Of a stretch of 64,000 bases of DNA, positions 1 through 9,302 are shown in pieces. The DNA is taken from NCBI GenBank assembly GCA_963833225.1, contig CAWHXD010000014.1:43124-107123 (forward strand), written 5' to 3'. Each line of letters starts with the position of its first letter. Position 1 is the stretch's first letter. Made by a program: the position numbers and the translations under genes. A model generated the notes under the pieces. It was given only the letters and a program-made list of their open reading frames with translations, did not search any database and was not told the DNA's origin. The stretch comes from an uncultured Chloroflexia bacterium (lineage in GTDB: Bacteria > Chloroflexota > Limnocylindria > Limnocylindrales > CSP1-4).

Positions 1-86
1 GTACCGACGATGCCGCCGCCGATCACGACGACGCGCGCCTGGGTGGGGAAGGGTTCGCCGCCCGCCGGCGGGAGCTCGTTCGTCAT
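1..86 (-). CDS. 5' fragment of a FAD-dependent oxidoreductase, GcvT/dimethylglycine dehydrogenase-like (runs off window)
   Basis: Reverse strand reads MTNELPPAGGEPFPTQARVVVIGGGIVG (GxGxxG FAD motif), with AGGAGA RBS upstream; follows the co-oriented GcvT-family gene. Confidence 0.75.
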   Translation of the reverse strand, partial: MTNELPPAGGEPFPTQARVVVIGGGIVG

Positions 87-137
87 CGGGTTCTCTCCTG
101 CTGGTTGACCAGGGCATGGGTGTCGGCGGGGGGCACG

Positions 138-2558
138 TCAGGCGCGCAGTCGCCGGTTCTCTGGGTCGTAGATGGGCGCCGCCAGCACCGTGGCCGCCAG
201 GCGGACACCGATCAGCTCCACCTCCAGCGTCGTGCCCGGTGTCTCGAAGCCGTGATCGACGTAGGCGAAGCCGAGGCTCTTGCCGGTGGCATGCCCAAAA
301 CCGCCGGAGGTCGTGACGCCGATCGCCCGCCCGCCGGCGAACACCGGCTCCCCGCCGGCCACGTCGGAATCGGCCTCGCCAACCTCGAGATAGACGAGGT
401 GCGTGGAGGCGCCGCGCTCGCGGGCCGCGATGACCGCGTCTCGTCCCGTGAACTCGTGGTCCAGCTTGACGAAGCGCATCATCCCGGCCTCGACCGGCGT
501 GATCTCGTTGGTCAGCTCCACGCCCCAGCCCGGGTACGCCTTCTCCATCCGCAGGCTGTTCATCGCGTACAGCCCGAAGTCCGCAATGCCGAACGGCTCG
601 CCGGCAGACCACACCGCCTCGTACAGCGCGACCACGTGCTCCATGCGGACATGCAGCTCCCAGCCCAGCTCACCGACGTAGTTGACCCGGAGCGCGCGGA
701 CGGGGATGCCGGCCACCTCGATCTCGCGGCCGGTCAGCCACGGGAAGGCCGGGCTGGTGAGGTCGGTCTCGGTCAGTGACGCGAGCACGTCGCGCGAACG
801 CGGGCCGGCCAGGATCAGCGTGGTCCAGTCCTCGCTGACATCCGCGATCTCCACCGCCTCGTCCGCCAACCGCGCGAAGCGGAACAGGTCGAGGTCGCGC
901 TGGTGGGCGACGGCGCCCGACAGCACGAAGTACCGGTCGGGGGCGAGACGCGTGATGGTGAACTCGGTCGCGTAGCGGCCGCCGTCGGTCAGCGCATGGG
1001 CGAGGACGATGCCACCCTCCCGGCGTGGCATCCGGTTGGCGCACAGGCGGTCCAGGAACGCCTCGGCGCCCGGCCCCGTGACCTCGAACGTGGCGAAGCT
1101 CGGCAGCTCCATCACGGCCACCCGCTCGCGCACCGCGCGGCACTCCGCCGCCACCACCTCGAAGGTGTTGTTGTGGCGGAAGCCGCAGACCTCCTCGCGC
1201 CCGTCGAGCGAGAACCACTTGGGCCGCTCCCAGCCGTAGCCCTCGGTGAACTTGCAGCCCTTGGCCTTGAGGGGCTCGTACAGGGGCGACGCCTTGGCCG
1301 GGCGACCCTCCGGCCGCTCCTCGCCGGGCGGGATGAGCCGGTACATGTCGACGTACTCGCGGTGCGCCTTGGCGGACGAATAGGCCTGGTCCGCGAAGGC
1401 GCCAAACCGGCGCGGGTCCATGCCCAGCATGTTGATCTCGGCCGACCCGTGGACCATCCACTGGGCGAGGTACCGGGTGCAGCCGGGCCCCTGCGCGATG
1501 CCGATGCCCGTGCCGGTGGCCAGCCAGAAGTTGCGCACGCCCGCTGCCGGACCCACCAGCGGGTTGCTGTCCGGGGTATGCGAGATCGCCCCGTTGACGA
1601 CCTTCTTGATGCCCACCTTGTTGAACACGGGCATCCGCTCCATCACGCGCCCGAGGTTGAGCTCGATCGGATCCCACTCCGGTCGGAACAGCTCGTTGGC
1701 GGCGTCCCAGGACGGACCACCGCTGTCCGCCCAGGCCTCGCGCGTGTCGCTGCCCTCGTAGATGCCGATGAGGCCGCTCTTGACCTCCTGGCGGTAGTAG
1801 GCCGACGCGTACGGGTCGCGCATCACCGGGATCTCGACATCGCGCTCGAGGAACTCCGGGATCGTCTCCGTCACGAGGTACTGGTGCTTCATGTTGGCGA
1901 ACGTGGTCTGGACGCCGAGCCAGGCGCTGACGCGATCCGCATAGCAGCCGGCGGCGTTGACCACGTGCTCGCAGGTGATGTCGCCCTTCTCCGTCGCGAC
2001 CTTGAACTCGCCGCTCGGGAGCTGCTCGATCCCGGTCACCCGGTTGAACTTGCTGGTCGTGCCGCCGAGGTTGGTGGCCAGGAGCGCCATCGCGTTGCAG
2101 GCACCCGACGGGTCGACGTAGCCGTCGTCGAGGGTCCAGGCACCGGCCAGCACGCCCTCGGTGGTGACGAACGGGTTGATCCGCCGGATCTCGTCGGTGC
2201 CGATCAGCTGCATCCGGAAGCCGATGTTGGCCGCGACACCCTCGACCCGCTTGAAGTGGTCGAGCTCCTCCGGGGTCGTCGCGAACCGGATCCCGCCGAC
2301 ACCCCGCCAGCCGGTGGCCTCGCCGGTCATCGACTCCAGGCGCGCGTACAGGTCGTTGCTGTACGCGTGGACCTTGGCCAGGTTGTAGTTGGCGATGAAG
2401 CTCGGGCACTGGCCCGCCGCATGCCACGTGGAGCCCGACGTCAGCTCGGCCTTCTCGACCAGGATCGTGTCGGTCCAGCCCTCGAGGGCGAGGTGGTAGA
2501 GGAGGCTGATCCCCATGACGCCCCCGCCGACGATCACGACGCGTGCTGTCGACCTCAC
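138..2558 (-). CDS. GcvT-family FAD-dependent oxidoreductase (dimethylglycine/sarcosine dehydrogenase-like)
   Basis: 806 aa; VVIVGGGVMG, LTSGSTWHAAG, GWERP, YVGELGWELH, SLRMEKAY, C-terminal YDPENRRL; GGAGGG RBS. Confidence 0.93.
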   Translation of the reverse strand: MRSTARVVIVGGGVMGISLLYHLALEGWTDTILVEKAELTSGSTWHAAGQCPSFIANYNLAKVHAYSNDLYARLESMTGEATGWRGVGGIRFATTPEELDHFKRVEGVAANIGFRMQLIGTDEIRRINPFVTTEGVLAGAWTLDDGYVDPSGACNAMALLATNLGGTTSKFNRVTGIEQLPSGEFKVATEKGDITCEHVVNAAGCYADRVSAWLGVQTTFANMKHQYLVTETIPEFLERDVEIPVMRDPYASAYYRQEVKSGLIGIYEGSDTREAWADSGGPSWDAANELFRPEWDPIELNLGRVMERMPVFNKVGIKKVVNGAISHTPDSNPLVGPAAGVRNFWLATGTGIGIAQGPGCTRYLAQWMVHGSAEINMLGMDPRRFGAFADQAYSSAKAHREYVDMYRLIPPGEERPEGRPAKASPLYEPLKAKGCKFTEGYGWERPKWFSLDGREEVCGFRHNNTFEVVAAECRAVRERVAVMELPSFATFEVTGPGAEAFLDRLCANRMPRREGGIVLAHALTDGGRYATEFTITRLAPDRYFVLSGAVAHQRDLDLFRFARLADEAVEIADVSEDWTTLILAGPRSRDVLASLTETDLTSPAFPWLTGREIEVAGIPVRALRVNYVGELGWELHVRMEHVVALYEAVWSAGEPFGIADFGLYAMNSLRMEKAYPGWGVELTNEITPVEAGMMRFVKLDHEFTGRDAVIAARERGASTHLVYLEVGEADSDVAGGEPVFAGGRAIGVTTSGGFGHATGKSLGFAYVDHGFETPGTTLEVELIGVRLAATVLAAPIYDPENRRLRA

Positions 2559-2593
2559 GGCTGTTCCCTCCTCGCGCTCAACGGCGATCCCGG

Positions 2594-4135
2594 CTACGGC
2601 CAGCGACCGTGGCCGGGCTGCATGGCTTCACGTGGCAGACCAATGTCGAAGGCAGCCCGGATTTGGTCATCAAGCTTCGGGCTGATGTGATCGGGGTAGT
2701 GGGTGCGCAGGACTGTCCGCACGCGCTCCCGCGCACGATCCCGGACGTCCCTCCGGCCGCCCGCCTCCCAGGCGACCGGGGACTCGCGGTCACCGATCGC
2801 CGGGTAGACGAAGTCCCGGCGCATCCGCGCCCGGGTCTCCGGGTGGCCGAGGAAGTGGCCCTCGTCGTGGACCACCTCGTTGATCATGTCGAAGGCCAGC
2901 GTCTCATCGGTGACCTCGATGCCGCGCACCGTGCGCTGGACGGCCGCGAGCATGTCATCGTCGATGACGTAGGCCTCGAGGGCCGTGCTCAGCAGGCTGG
3001 ACTGCATCCCGGCCGCCTCGCAGATCAGGCTGGCGCCGGCGTTGGCGGCCAGGGTCACGGTGGATGCCTTCTCCGATCCTGACTGCGCGTCGGGCAGCTT
3101 GGCATCGGTCATCCCGGAGGCCACGCTCCCGGGCAGGTCGTAGAACCCGGCCATCTGGGCGCAGCCCGCGACGATCAGGCCGTTCTCCGCGCTGCCGGCG
3201 GACATCATCCCCGTCCGGAGGTCGGACACGAACGGCCAGGTCCCCAGGTGCGCTCGACTCGATGGGTCGATCAGCTGGCAGAAGATGAGCCCGCCCAGGG
3301 TCTCGGCCATCGTCTGCACGATGGTGCCGGCCAGCGTCACCGGGCTGGTGGCGCCGGCGAGCGGCGAGGAGATGAGACCGACGGGCATGCCGGCCCGCAC
3401 GGCCGCCTCCATCGCCTCGCAGGCATCGGCGGCAAACCGCAGCGGCGGGACCACGTGGGTGCACGCGATGGAGCAGAACGGTCGCTTCCGGAACTCGCCC
3501 TCGCCACCCAGGCGCATGTCCAGCATCGCGACGGCGGCCCGGACGCTGTCGGCGGTGTCGAAGCTGCTGGTGATGTGCTTGATCGAGCCCTGCATGCACG
3601 CGTACACGGTGTTGAGGTCGATGGCGGCCGCGGTGGGCATGTCGCGCGCCACGATCGAGCGCCAGTAGAAGTGGATGTGGTCGAGGGTGTCCACCAGCCG
3701 CGCGATGTCGTACAGGTCGACCGTGGTCGTCGGCCGGTGGAGCCCCGTCTCGAAGTCGACGATCAGCGGCGCGGCTCCAGCCGTGCCCGTGTGGACTCGG
3801 CCGCCGCCGATCTCGAGGTCCCAGACGGGGTCCTGGCCGGGCAGGACGAAGGTGCGAGGCGCCCGGGCGATGACGTCCTCGACGAGCGATCGCGGGTAGT
3901 GAAGCCGGCCGTCGGCGTCCAGCCAGCCGCCCGCCGCGACGACGAGCTCGGCCATCGAGGAGGTCGGCTCCGCGATCCCGATCCGCTCCAGCACGTCGAG
4001 CACCGTCCGGTGGATGCGCTCCATCTCCGGGTGCGTGAGTGGCTGGTAGCGGCCGCCGACGAGACCGGGCCACACGGGCGCCATCCCGCCGGGTCCCGCG
4101 CCGAGGTCAGTTCCCACCGGCGGACCCCCTGACAC
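2594..4135 (-). CDS. Trimethylamine methyltransferase (MttB) family, non-pyrrolysine
   Basis: 513 aa; GATSPVTLAG, SDLRTG, GMTDAKLPDAQ, EGHFLGHPET motifs; no in-frame TAG. Exact start uncertain. Confidence 0.9.
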   Translation of the reverse strand: MSGGPPVGTDLGAGPGGMAPVWPGLVGGRYQPLTHPEMERIHRTVLDVLERIGIAEPTSSMAELVVAAGGWLDADGRLHYPRSLVEDVIARAPRTFVLPGQDPVWDLEIGGGRVHTGTAGAAPLIVDFETGLHRPTTTVDLYDIARLVDTLDHIHFYWRSIVARDMPTAAAIDLNTVYACMQGSIKHITSSFDTADSVRAAVAMLDMRLGGEGEFRKRPFCSIACTHVVPPLRFAADACEAMEAAVRAGMPVGLISSPLAGATSPVTLAGTIVQTMAETLGGLIFCQLIDPSSRAHLGTWPFVSDLRTGMMSAGSAENGLIVAGCAQMAGFYDLPGSVASGMTDAKLPDAQSGSEKASTVTLAANAGASLICEAAGMQSSLLSTALEAYVIDDDMLAAVQRTVRGIEVTDETLAFDMINEVVHDEGHFLGHPETRARMRRDFVYPAIGDRESPVAWEAGGRRDVRDRARERVRTVLRTHYPDHISPKLDDQIRAAFDIGLPREAMQPGHGRWP

Positions 4136-4727
4136 CCAGCGCGACCCGCGCGGTCTCGAGCAACAGCCGTCGCAGCTGCTCGGGCGTGACCCCCGGGGCC
4201 CCGAGCGAGACGCCCACCGATGCGCCGTCGCCGAAGATGATGAACAGGTCCACGATGTCCGCGACGGGCCAGATCGGGTGGAACACGCCGGTCGCGATCC
4301 CGTCCTCGATCACCTGCCGGAATGGTGGGCGCCACGCGTCATAGAAGCGGTCCAGCTTGCCCCGCAGCTCGTCGTCCCGGGCCATGGCGCAGAACTCGAT
4401 CCAGATCCGGCTCCGCCACAGGAGCGGCTCGGGCAGGGAGGCGTACAGCAGCGAGACCAGTCGGGGCCAGGGATCGCCGTCGGTCGGCGCCGCCTCGAGC
4501 CAGGCGTTGAGCCGGCGCTCCGCCGACCAGTCGAACAGCTCGGCGATCAGCCGGCCCCGGGTGTCGAAGTAGTGCTGGACGGTGCCGATCGAGACACCCG
4601 CAGCTTCGCTCACATCACGCAGGCGGCTTCGCTCCACGCCGTGCGTGACCAGGAGCTGCTCGGCCGCCGCGAGGATCCGCTCCCGCTGTGCCGTCCGACG
4701 CGCTTCGTTCACGGCTCGACCGGCCAT
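4107..4727 (-). CDS. TetR family regulator (BetI-like)
   Basis: RERILAAA...LRDVSEAAGVSIGTVQHYF HTH; WIEF motif of BetI-type C-terminal domain. Confidence 0.9.
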   Translation of the reverse strand: MAGRAVNEARRTAQRERILAAAEQLLVTHGVERSRLRDVSEAAGVSIGTVQHYFDTRGRLIAELFDWSAERRLNAWLEAAPTDGDPWPRLVSLLYASLPEPLLWRSRIWIEFCAMARDDELRGKLDRFYDAWRPPFRQVIEDGIATGVFHPIWPVADIVDLFIIFGDGASVGVSLGAPGVTPEQLRRLLLETARVALGVRGSAGGN

Positions 4728-4775
4728 GCCATGCCTCGACCACCGGGTGCCACGCCGCGCCCCGGGATGGGCGGC

Positions 4776-4805
4776 AGTCTACCAATAATACAGGATTATG
4801 GTCAA
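4776..4805 (-). promoter_or_regulatory. Sigma70-type promoter with overlapping palindromic operator for the tetR-mttB-gcvT operon
   Basis: Minus strand TTGACC-N18-TAGACT with extended -10 TG; imperfect palindrome ACCATAAT-cctgt-ATTATTGGT between the hexamers; AT-rich patch in GC-rich DNA. Confidence 0.7.
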
Positions 4806-4826
4806 TGCCCTTCGCGGCGACGAGCC

Positions 4827-4876
4827 TCAGGCGCCGAACCGGCGCGGGCTGAACGGCGCCAGGAGCTCGGGCTCCG
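4827..4876 (-). pseudogene. Diverged remnant copy of the 3' end of the D-amino-acid dehydrogenase gene
   Basis: 44/50 identical to 5061-5110; encodes EPELLAPFSPRRFGA* versus DPEVLAPFSPRRFGA*. Confidence 0.75.
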
Positions 4877-4910
4877 ACGGGCGGTCCAACGGTCCGGTAC
4901 AGCCGACGAA

Positions 4911-5022
4911 CATGCCGCCGGGCGGTCCGGTCGTTCGCCTGGCGACCCGCCCATCGGATGGTCGTGCCGCCGATCGCACCGCCTGTCGGCCGGGGCCGAC
5001 GGTTGGCCCGCTGGGCGGCATG
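4911..5022. repeat. Imperfect inverted repeat (fold-back hairpin)
   Basis: catgccgccgggcggtcc...gac (4911-4946) pairs with gtcggcc...cccgctgggcggcatg (4985-5022). Confidence 0.6.
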
Positions 5023-5060
5023 CGTCAGGAACTGCGCACCGCCCCGGGCGCCCTCGGGCC

Positions 5061-6299
5061 TCAGGCGCCGAACCGACGCGGGCTGAAGGGCGCCAGGACC
5101 TCCGGATCGGCACCGTCCAGGATCACGTCGGCGAGGAGGGTGCCCGTCCGTGGCGCCAGGGTCAGCCCCAGCATCGCGTGGCCACTGGCGACGTAGACGT
5201 TCGAGAACGCCCGCAGCCGCCCGATGAGCGGCAACCCATCGGGCGTCATGGGCCGGAGGCCGGCACTGGGCGCGAGCGTGGACGCGTCGGGTTCCCAGGA
5301 GCGGAAGTAGCGCGTGGGCGCCCGCTTGATCGCCGCGAGCCGGACCGCCGAGATGCGCTCGTCCAGCCCGCCGAACTCCATCGTGCCGGCGACGCGGGTG
5401 GTGCCGCTGAGTGGCGTCACTGCGCAGTGCGCCTCGGACAGCATCACCACGGGACCCGCCGCCAGCTGGCCGGGGACGTAGTCCACGCTGTAGCCCTTGC
5501 CGGGCCGGATCGGCAGCGAGACACCCAGAAGCCTGGCCACCCGGGCGCTCCACGCCCCGGCGGCGATCACCAGCGCATCGGCCCGCATGTTCCCGAACCC
5601 GCCCCGCACCTCGATCCCGCCCGACGGCGGTGCCGAGGCGGCGGTCACCTTGCCGTCGACCAGCGCCACGCCCATCGCTCCCAACCGCCCGACGAGCGCG
5701 CTCACGACCGTGGCCGGGTGGACGTGTCGCTCGTTGGGGAAGCGAATCCCGCCAACAACCGCATCGGAGAGCCGGGGGACGAGAGCACGCGCCTCGTCGC
5801 CGGACAGCGCCGCCGGCTCGAACCCCGCGCGCTCGGAGGCCGCGAGGTCGTGGACCGCGTGGCGCAGCTCAACGGGGTCCAGGTAAGCCCGGATCTCACC
5901 GGCTGCGTGCATCTCGAATGCCATGCCGTCCGCCGCCCACGCGTCGAGCTCGTCCATCGTGCCCGCGGCGAGGCGGGTCGTGGCCTCGAACGCCCGCCGG
6001 TAGGCCGTGGCGTTGCAGGCCCCGAGCATCCCGACCATGAACCGGACGAACGACGGAGTTGCGGCCGGCCGCACGTACACCGGGCTGTCCCGCTTGAGCA
6101 TCCAGCGCGCCGTCTGGAGGATGATCCCGGGACCCGGCACCGGCCCGCTCTCCGCAGGAACGACCCAGCCGGCGTTGTTGCTCGACGCGCCGCTCCCGGG
6201 TGCCCGGTCGCCGATGACCACGACCTCGGCGCCGCGCCGGGCCAGGCTGTAGGCAGTGGCGAGCCCGATCAGGCCCGATCCGACGACGACGATCTTCAC
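5061..6299 (-). CDS. D-amino acid dehydrogenase (DadA-like) FAD-dependent oxidoreductase
   Basis: 412 aa; VVVGSGLIG, GASSNNAG, AAGAWS, PGKGYS, GLRPMTPDGLP, GHAMLGLTLAP. Confidence 0.9.
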   Translation of the reverse strand: MKIVVVGSGLIGLATAYSLARRGAEVVVIGDRAPGSGASSNNAGWVVPAESGPVPGPGIILQTARWMLKRDSPVYVRPAATPSFVRFMVGMLGACNATAYRRAFEATTRLAAGTMDELDAWAADGMAFEMHAAGEIRAYLDPVELRHAVHDLAASERAGFEPAALSGDEARALVPRLSDAVVGGIRFPNERHVHPATVVSALVGRLGAMGVALVDGKVTAASAPPSGGIEVRGGFGNMRADALVIAAGAWSARVARLLGVSLPIRPGKGYSVDYVPGQLAAGPVVMLSEAHCAVTPLSGTTRVAGTMEFGGLDERISAVRLAAIKRAPTRYFRSWEPDASTLAPSAGLRPMTPDGLPLIGRLRAFSNVYVASGHAMLGLTLAPRTGTLLADVILDGADPEVLAPFSPRRFGA

Positions 6300-6460
6300 G
6301 GTGACAACCCTCGGACCGGTGACGTTGGTCCCCGTTGAGGCGGGTCGGATGGGACGGCGGGGCCCGGCGACAGGGTCCCCATACTGTACCGGCGGCGCAT
6401 GAGCGCGATCGGTGATGGTCGCGTGCTGGCCACGCGTCGCTGGAGGAGCGAGGCGAGGTC

Positions 6461-8977
6461 ATGGGATCCCCGGTTCAGGCACGGGCCGTCATCATCGGCG
6501 CCGGCATCGTCGGCAACGCCATGGCCTGGCACCTCGCCAAGCTCGGCTGGCGCGACCTGGTGCTGGTCGATAAAGGGCCCCTGCCCAACCCCGGTGGATC
6601 CACCGGACACGCGTCGAACTTCTGCTTCCCCGTTGACGGGACCAAGGAGGAGTCAACCTGCACGGTGGAGACCATCCGCCAGTTCACCGAGCTCGGCGTG
6701 TTCACCCGGTGCGGCGGCATGGAGGTCGCGCGGACGCCGGAGCGGATGGCCGAGCTGGCGCGACGGCAGGGTCTCGCGACGTCATGGGGGATCGAGTCGC
6801 GGTTGCTGACCCCTCCCGAGGTCCACGAGATCATCCCGTACCTGGATCCCTCCGTGATCACCGGGGGCTGGTACACGCCCAGCGCGGGGGTGGTGGACTC
6901 GCTGCGGGCCGGGACGCTGATGCGCGAGCAAGCCCAGGCCATGGGCGCGCTCACGATCATGGCGCGCACGGAGGTCACCGGGATCGACACGGTCGACGGG
7001 CGCGTATCGGCCGTTCGGACGACCGGCGGCGACATCGAGACGCCGATCGTCGTGGTCGCGTGCGGCGTCTGGAGCCCGCGGATCGCCGCCATGGCCGGCG
7101 CCCACATCCCGCTGGTGCCCACCGTCCACCAGTTCGTATCCGTAGGTCCCGTGCCGCGCTTCGCCGACGTTCCGGGCGAGCAGGCGTTCCCCATCCTGCG
7201 GGACATGGACTCGCTGATGTACGAGCGGCCGAACGGGAGCCAGCTGGAGATCGGCTCGTACAGCCACCGGCCCATCCTGTGGCATCCGGATGACATCCCG
7301 TCGATCGAGGACTCCGTCCTGTCGCCCACCGAGCTGCCGTTCACGACGGAGGATTTTGAGCAGTCGTACGCGGACGCCCTCGAGCTCATCCCCGAGATCC
7401 TGGGCGACGAGCGTGTCGGCCAGCAGTACGCGATCAACGGCCTGCTCTCGGTGACCCCGGACTGGAGCCCCGTGCTGGGCGAGTCGCCCGAGGTCGGCGG
7501 GCTGTGGTCCGTGGCGGCCGTGTGGATCAAGGAGGCGCCCGCGATCTGCGAGACCATCGCCCAGCGGATGACCGGGCTGCCCGAGACCATCGACCTCCAC
7601 GCGGCGGACATCGCGCGCTTCTACCCGCACCAGCGGACCTGGGAGCACTCGATCGCGCGCGTGTCCGAGGCGTTCAACAAGTTCTACGGCATCGTCCACC
7701 CGGCCGAGCAGTGGTCGACCGACCGGGGCGTCCGGCTGCCGCCGATGTACGCCGCGGAGCAGGCCCTGGGCGCCGTCCATTTCGAGGTGGCGGGTTGGGA
7801 GTGCCCGATGTGGTACGAGGCCAACGCCCCGCTCGTGGAGGCGTACGGCGACCGGATCATGCACCGCCCGCACGAGTGGGACGCTCGCTGGTGGTCGCCG
7901 ATCACGCTGGCCGAGCATCTCGCGCTGCGCGACCGGGCCGCCATCGTGGACGCCACCCCGTTCGCCCTGTTCGACGTGACCGGGCCGGGGGCGCTCGCGT
8001 TCCTCGAGCGGCTGTGCGTGAACCGGATCGAGTCGCCGATCGGCAGGACGATCTACACGCCGCTGCTCGACGAGGCGGGCGGCGTGGCCGCCGACCTCAC
8101 CGTGCTCCACGTGGGGCGCGACCGGTACCGGGTCGTGACCGGCGGCGGCATGGGGATGCGCGACAAGCAGTGGTTCACCGACCGGCTGCCGGCCGACGGG
8201 TCCGCGCAGCTAGCGGACCTGACTTCCGCGTACACCGCGGTCGGGGTGTGGGGGCCACGTGCCCGGGACATCCTGGCGTCGATGACCTCGGCCGACGTGT
8301 CCAACGCCGCCTTCCCGTTCGCACACAACCGGCGGCTGGACGTGGACGGGATCGAGGTGCTCGCGAACCGGCTCTCGTACGTCGGCGAGCTCGGTTGGGA
8401 GCTGTTCGCGCCGATCGAGCTCGGTGCGCACCTGTGGGACGCGGTCTGGGCGGCCGGTCAGCCGTTCGGGGCGATCGCCGCCGGGTGGTCGGTGATCGCG
8501 TCGTCCGCGCGGCTCGAGAAGGGGTACCGCGGGTACGGCTCGGAGCTGTCGCTGGACTACTCGCTGGTGGAGGCGGGGCTGGCGCGGAAGTCCGTGAAGG
8601 ACGTGCCGTTCATCGGTCGCGAGGCGTACCTGCGCCAGCGTTCCGAGGCGCCCGCGGCGCTGCTGTGCACGCTCACGGTGGACTCGCACGTTTCCGCCCC
8701 TGGCGGCGTGCCGCGGTTCATGCTGGGGCGCGAGCCCGTGCTCATGCCCGACGGGTCGCCCATCGAGGATGCGAAGGGGCGGTGGTCGTATGTGACCTCG
8801 GCCGGGACCGGGCCCTCGGTGGGCAAGCACCTGCTGATGGCGTACCTGCCGGTGGAGCTGGCGGTGGCGGGGACGAAGCTCGCGGTCCAGTACATGGGCG
8901 AGCGGTACCCGGTCACGGTTGCCGTGGCGGGCTCGACGCCGTTGTTCGATCCGGAGGATGCGCGGCTGCGCTGCTGA
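6461..8977 (+). CDS. GcvT-family dimethylglycine oxidase/dehydrogenase-like protein
   Basis: 838 aa; IIGAGIVG, PNPGGSTGHAS, YVGELGWEL, RLEKGYR, PLFDPED; GGAGGAG upstream. Confidence 0.92.
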   Translation: MGSPVQARAVIIGAGIVGNAMAWHLAKLGWRDLVLVDKGPLPNPGGSTGHASNFCFPVDGTKEESTCTVETIRQFTELGVFTRCGGMEVARTPERMAELARRQGLATSWGIESRLLTPPEVHEIIPYLDPSVITGGWYTPSAGVVDSLRAGTLMREQAQAMGALTIMARTEVTGIDTVDGRVSAVRTTGGDIETPIVVVACGVWSPRIAAMAGAHIPLVPTVHQFVSVGPVPRFADVPGEQAFPILRDMDSLMYERPNGSQLEIGSYSHRPILWHPDDIPSIEDSVLSPTELPFTTEDFEQSYADALELIPEILGDERVGQQYAINGLLSVTPDWSPVLGESPEVGGLWSVAAVWIKEAPAICETIAQRMTGLPETIDLHAADIARFYPHQRTWEHSIARVSEAFNKFYGIVHPAEQWSTDRGVRLPPMYAAEQALGAVHFEVAGWECPMWYEANAPLVEAYGDRIMHRPHEWDARWWSPITLAEHLALRDRAAIVDATPFALFDVTGPGALAFLERLCVNRIESPIGRTIYTPLLDEAGGVAADLTVLHVGRDRYRVVTGGGMGMRDKQWFTDRLPADGSAQLADLTSAYTAVGVWGPRARDILASMTSADVSNAAFPFAHNRRLDVDGIEVLANRLSYVGELGWELFAPIELGAHLWDAVWAAGQPFGAIAAGWSVIASSARLEKGYRGYGSELSLDYSLVEAGLARKSVKDVPFIGREAYLRQRSEAPAALLCTLTVDSHVSAPGGVPRFMLGREPVLMPDGSPIEDAKGRWSYVTSAGTGPSVGKHLLMAYLPVELAVAGTKLAVQYMGERYPVTVAVAGSTPLFDPEDARLRC

Positions 8978-9022
8978 GGTCGCGGGGCCGCGGTGGCGCC
9001 ACCGCCCGCGGGCCCGATGCCC

Positions 9023-9302
9023 GGCAGGCACCGGAATCGCCACGGCCCGCCCCGCTCGGACCAGGCCGTTGCCTGGCAGGCACCGAAATCGCCGCGGCCC
9101 GCCCCGCTCGGACCAGGCCTTTGCCTGGCAGGCACCGAAATCGCCGCGGCCCGCCCCGGACGCCCCGAACCGTGGTCCATCAGGCCACATTCACGCCGCG
9201 GCCCGCCCCGCTCGGACCAGGCCTTTGCCTGGCAGGCACCGAAATCGCCGCGGCCCGCCCCAGACGCCCCGAACCATGGTCCATCAGGCCACATTCACGC
9301 CG
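9023..9302. repeat. 52-bp-period array: 16-bp core CGCCGCGGCCCGCCCC with 36-bp spacers in order A,A,B,A,B
   Basis: Cores at 9038, 9090, 9142, 9194, 9246 (partial 9298). Spacer A holds the palindrome TGCCTG-G-CAGGCA; spacer B holds RTGGTCCATCAGGCCAC. Confidence 0.9.

Noticed and set aside
4827-5021. 64-aa small protein
   Set aside because: Chimera of hairpin DNA plus the remnant dehydrogenase tail.
9023-9302. CRISPR array
   Set aside because: Spacers recur (A,A,B,A,B), the core is only 16 bp, and there are no cas genes or AT-rich leader.
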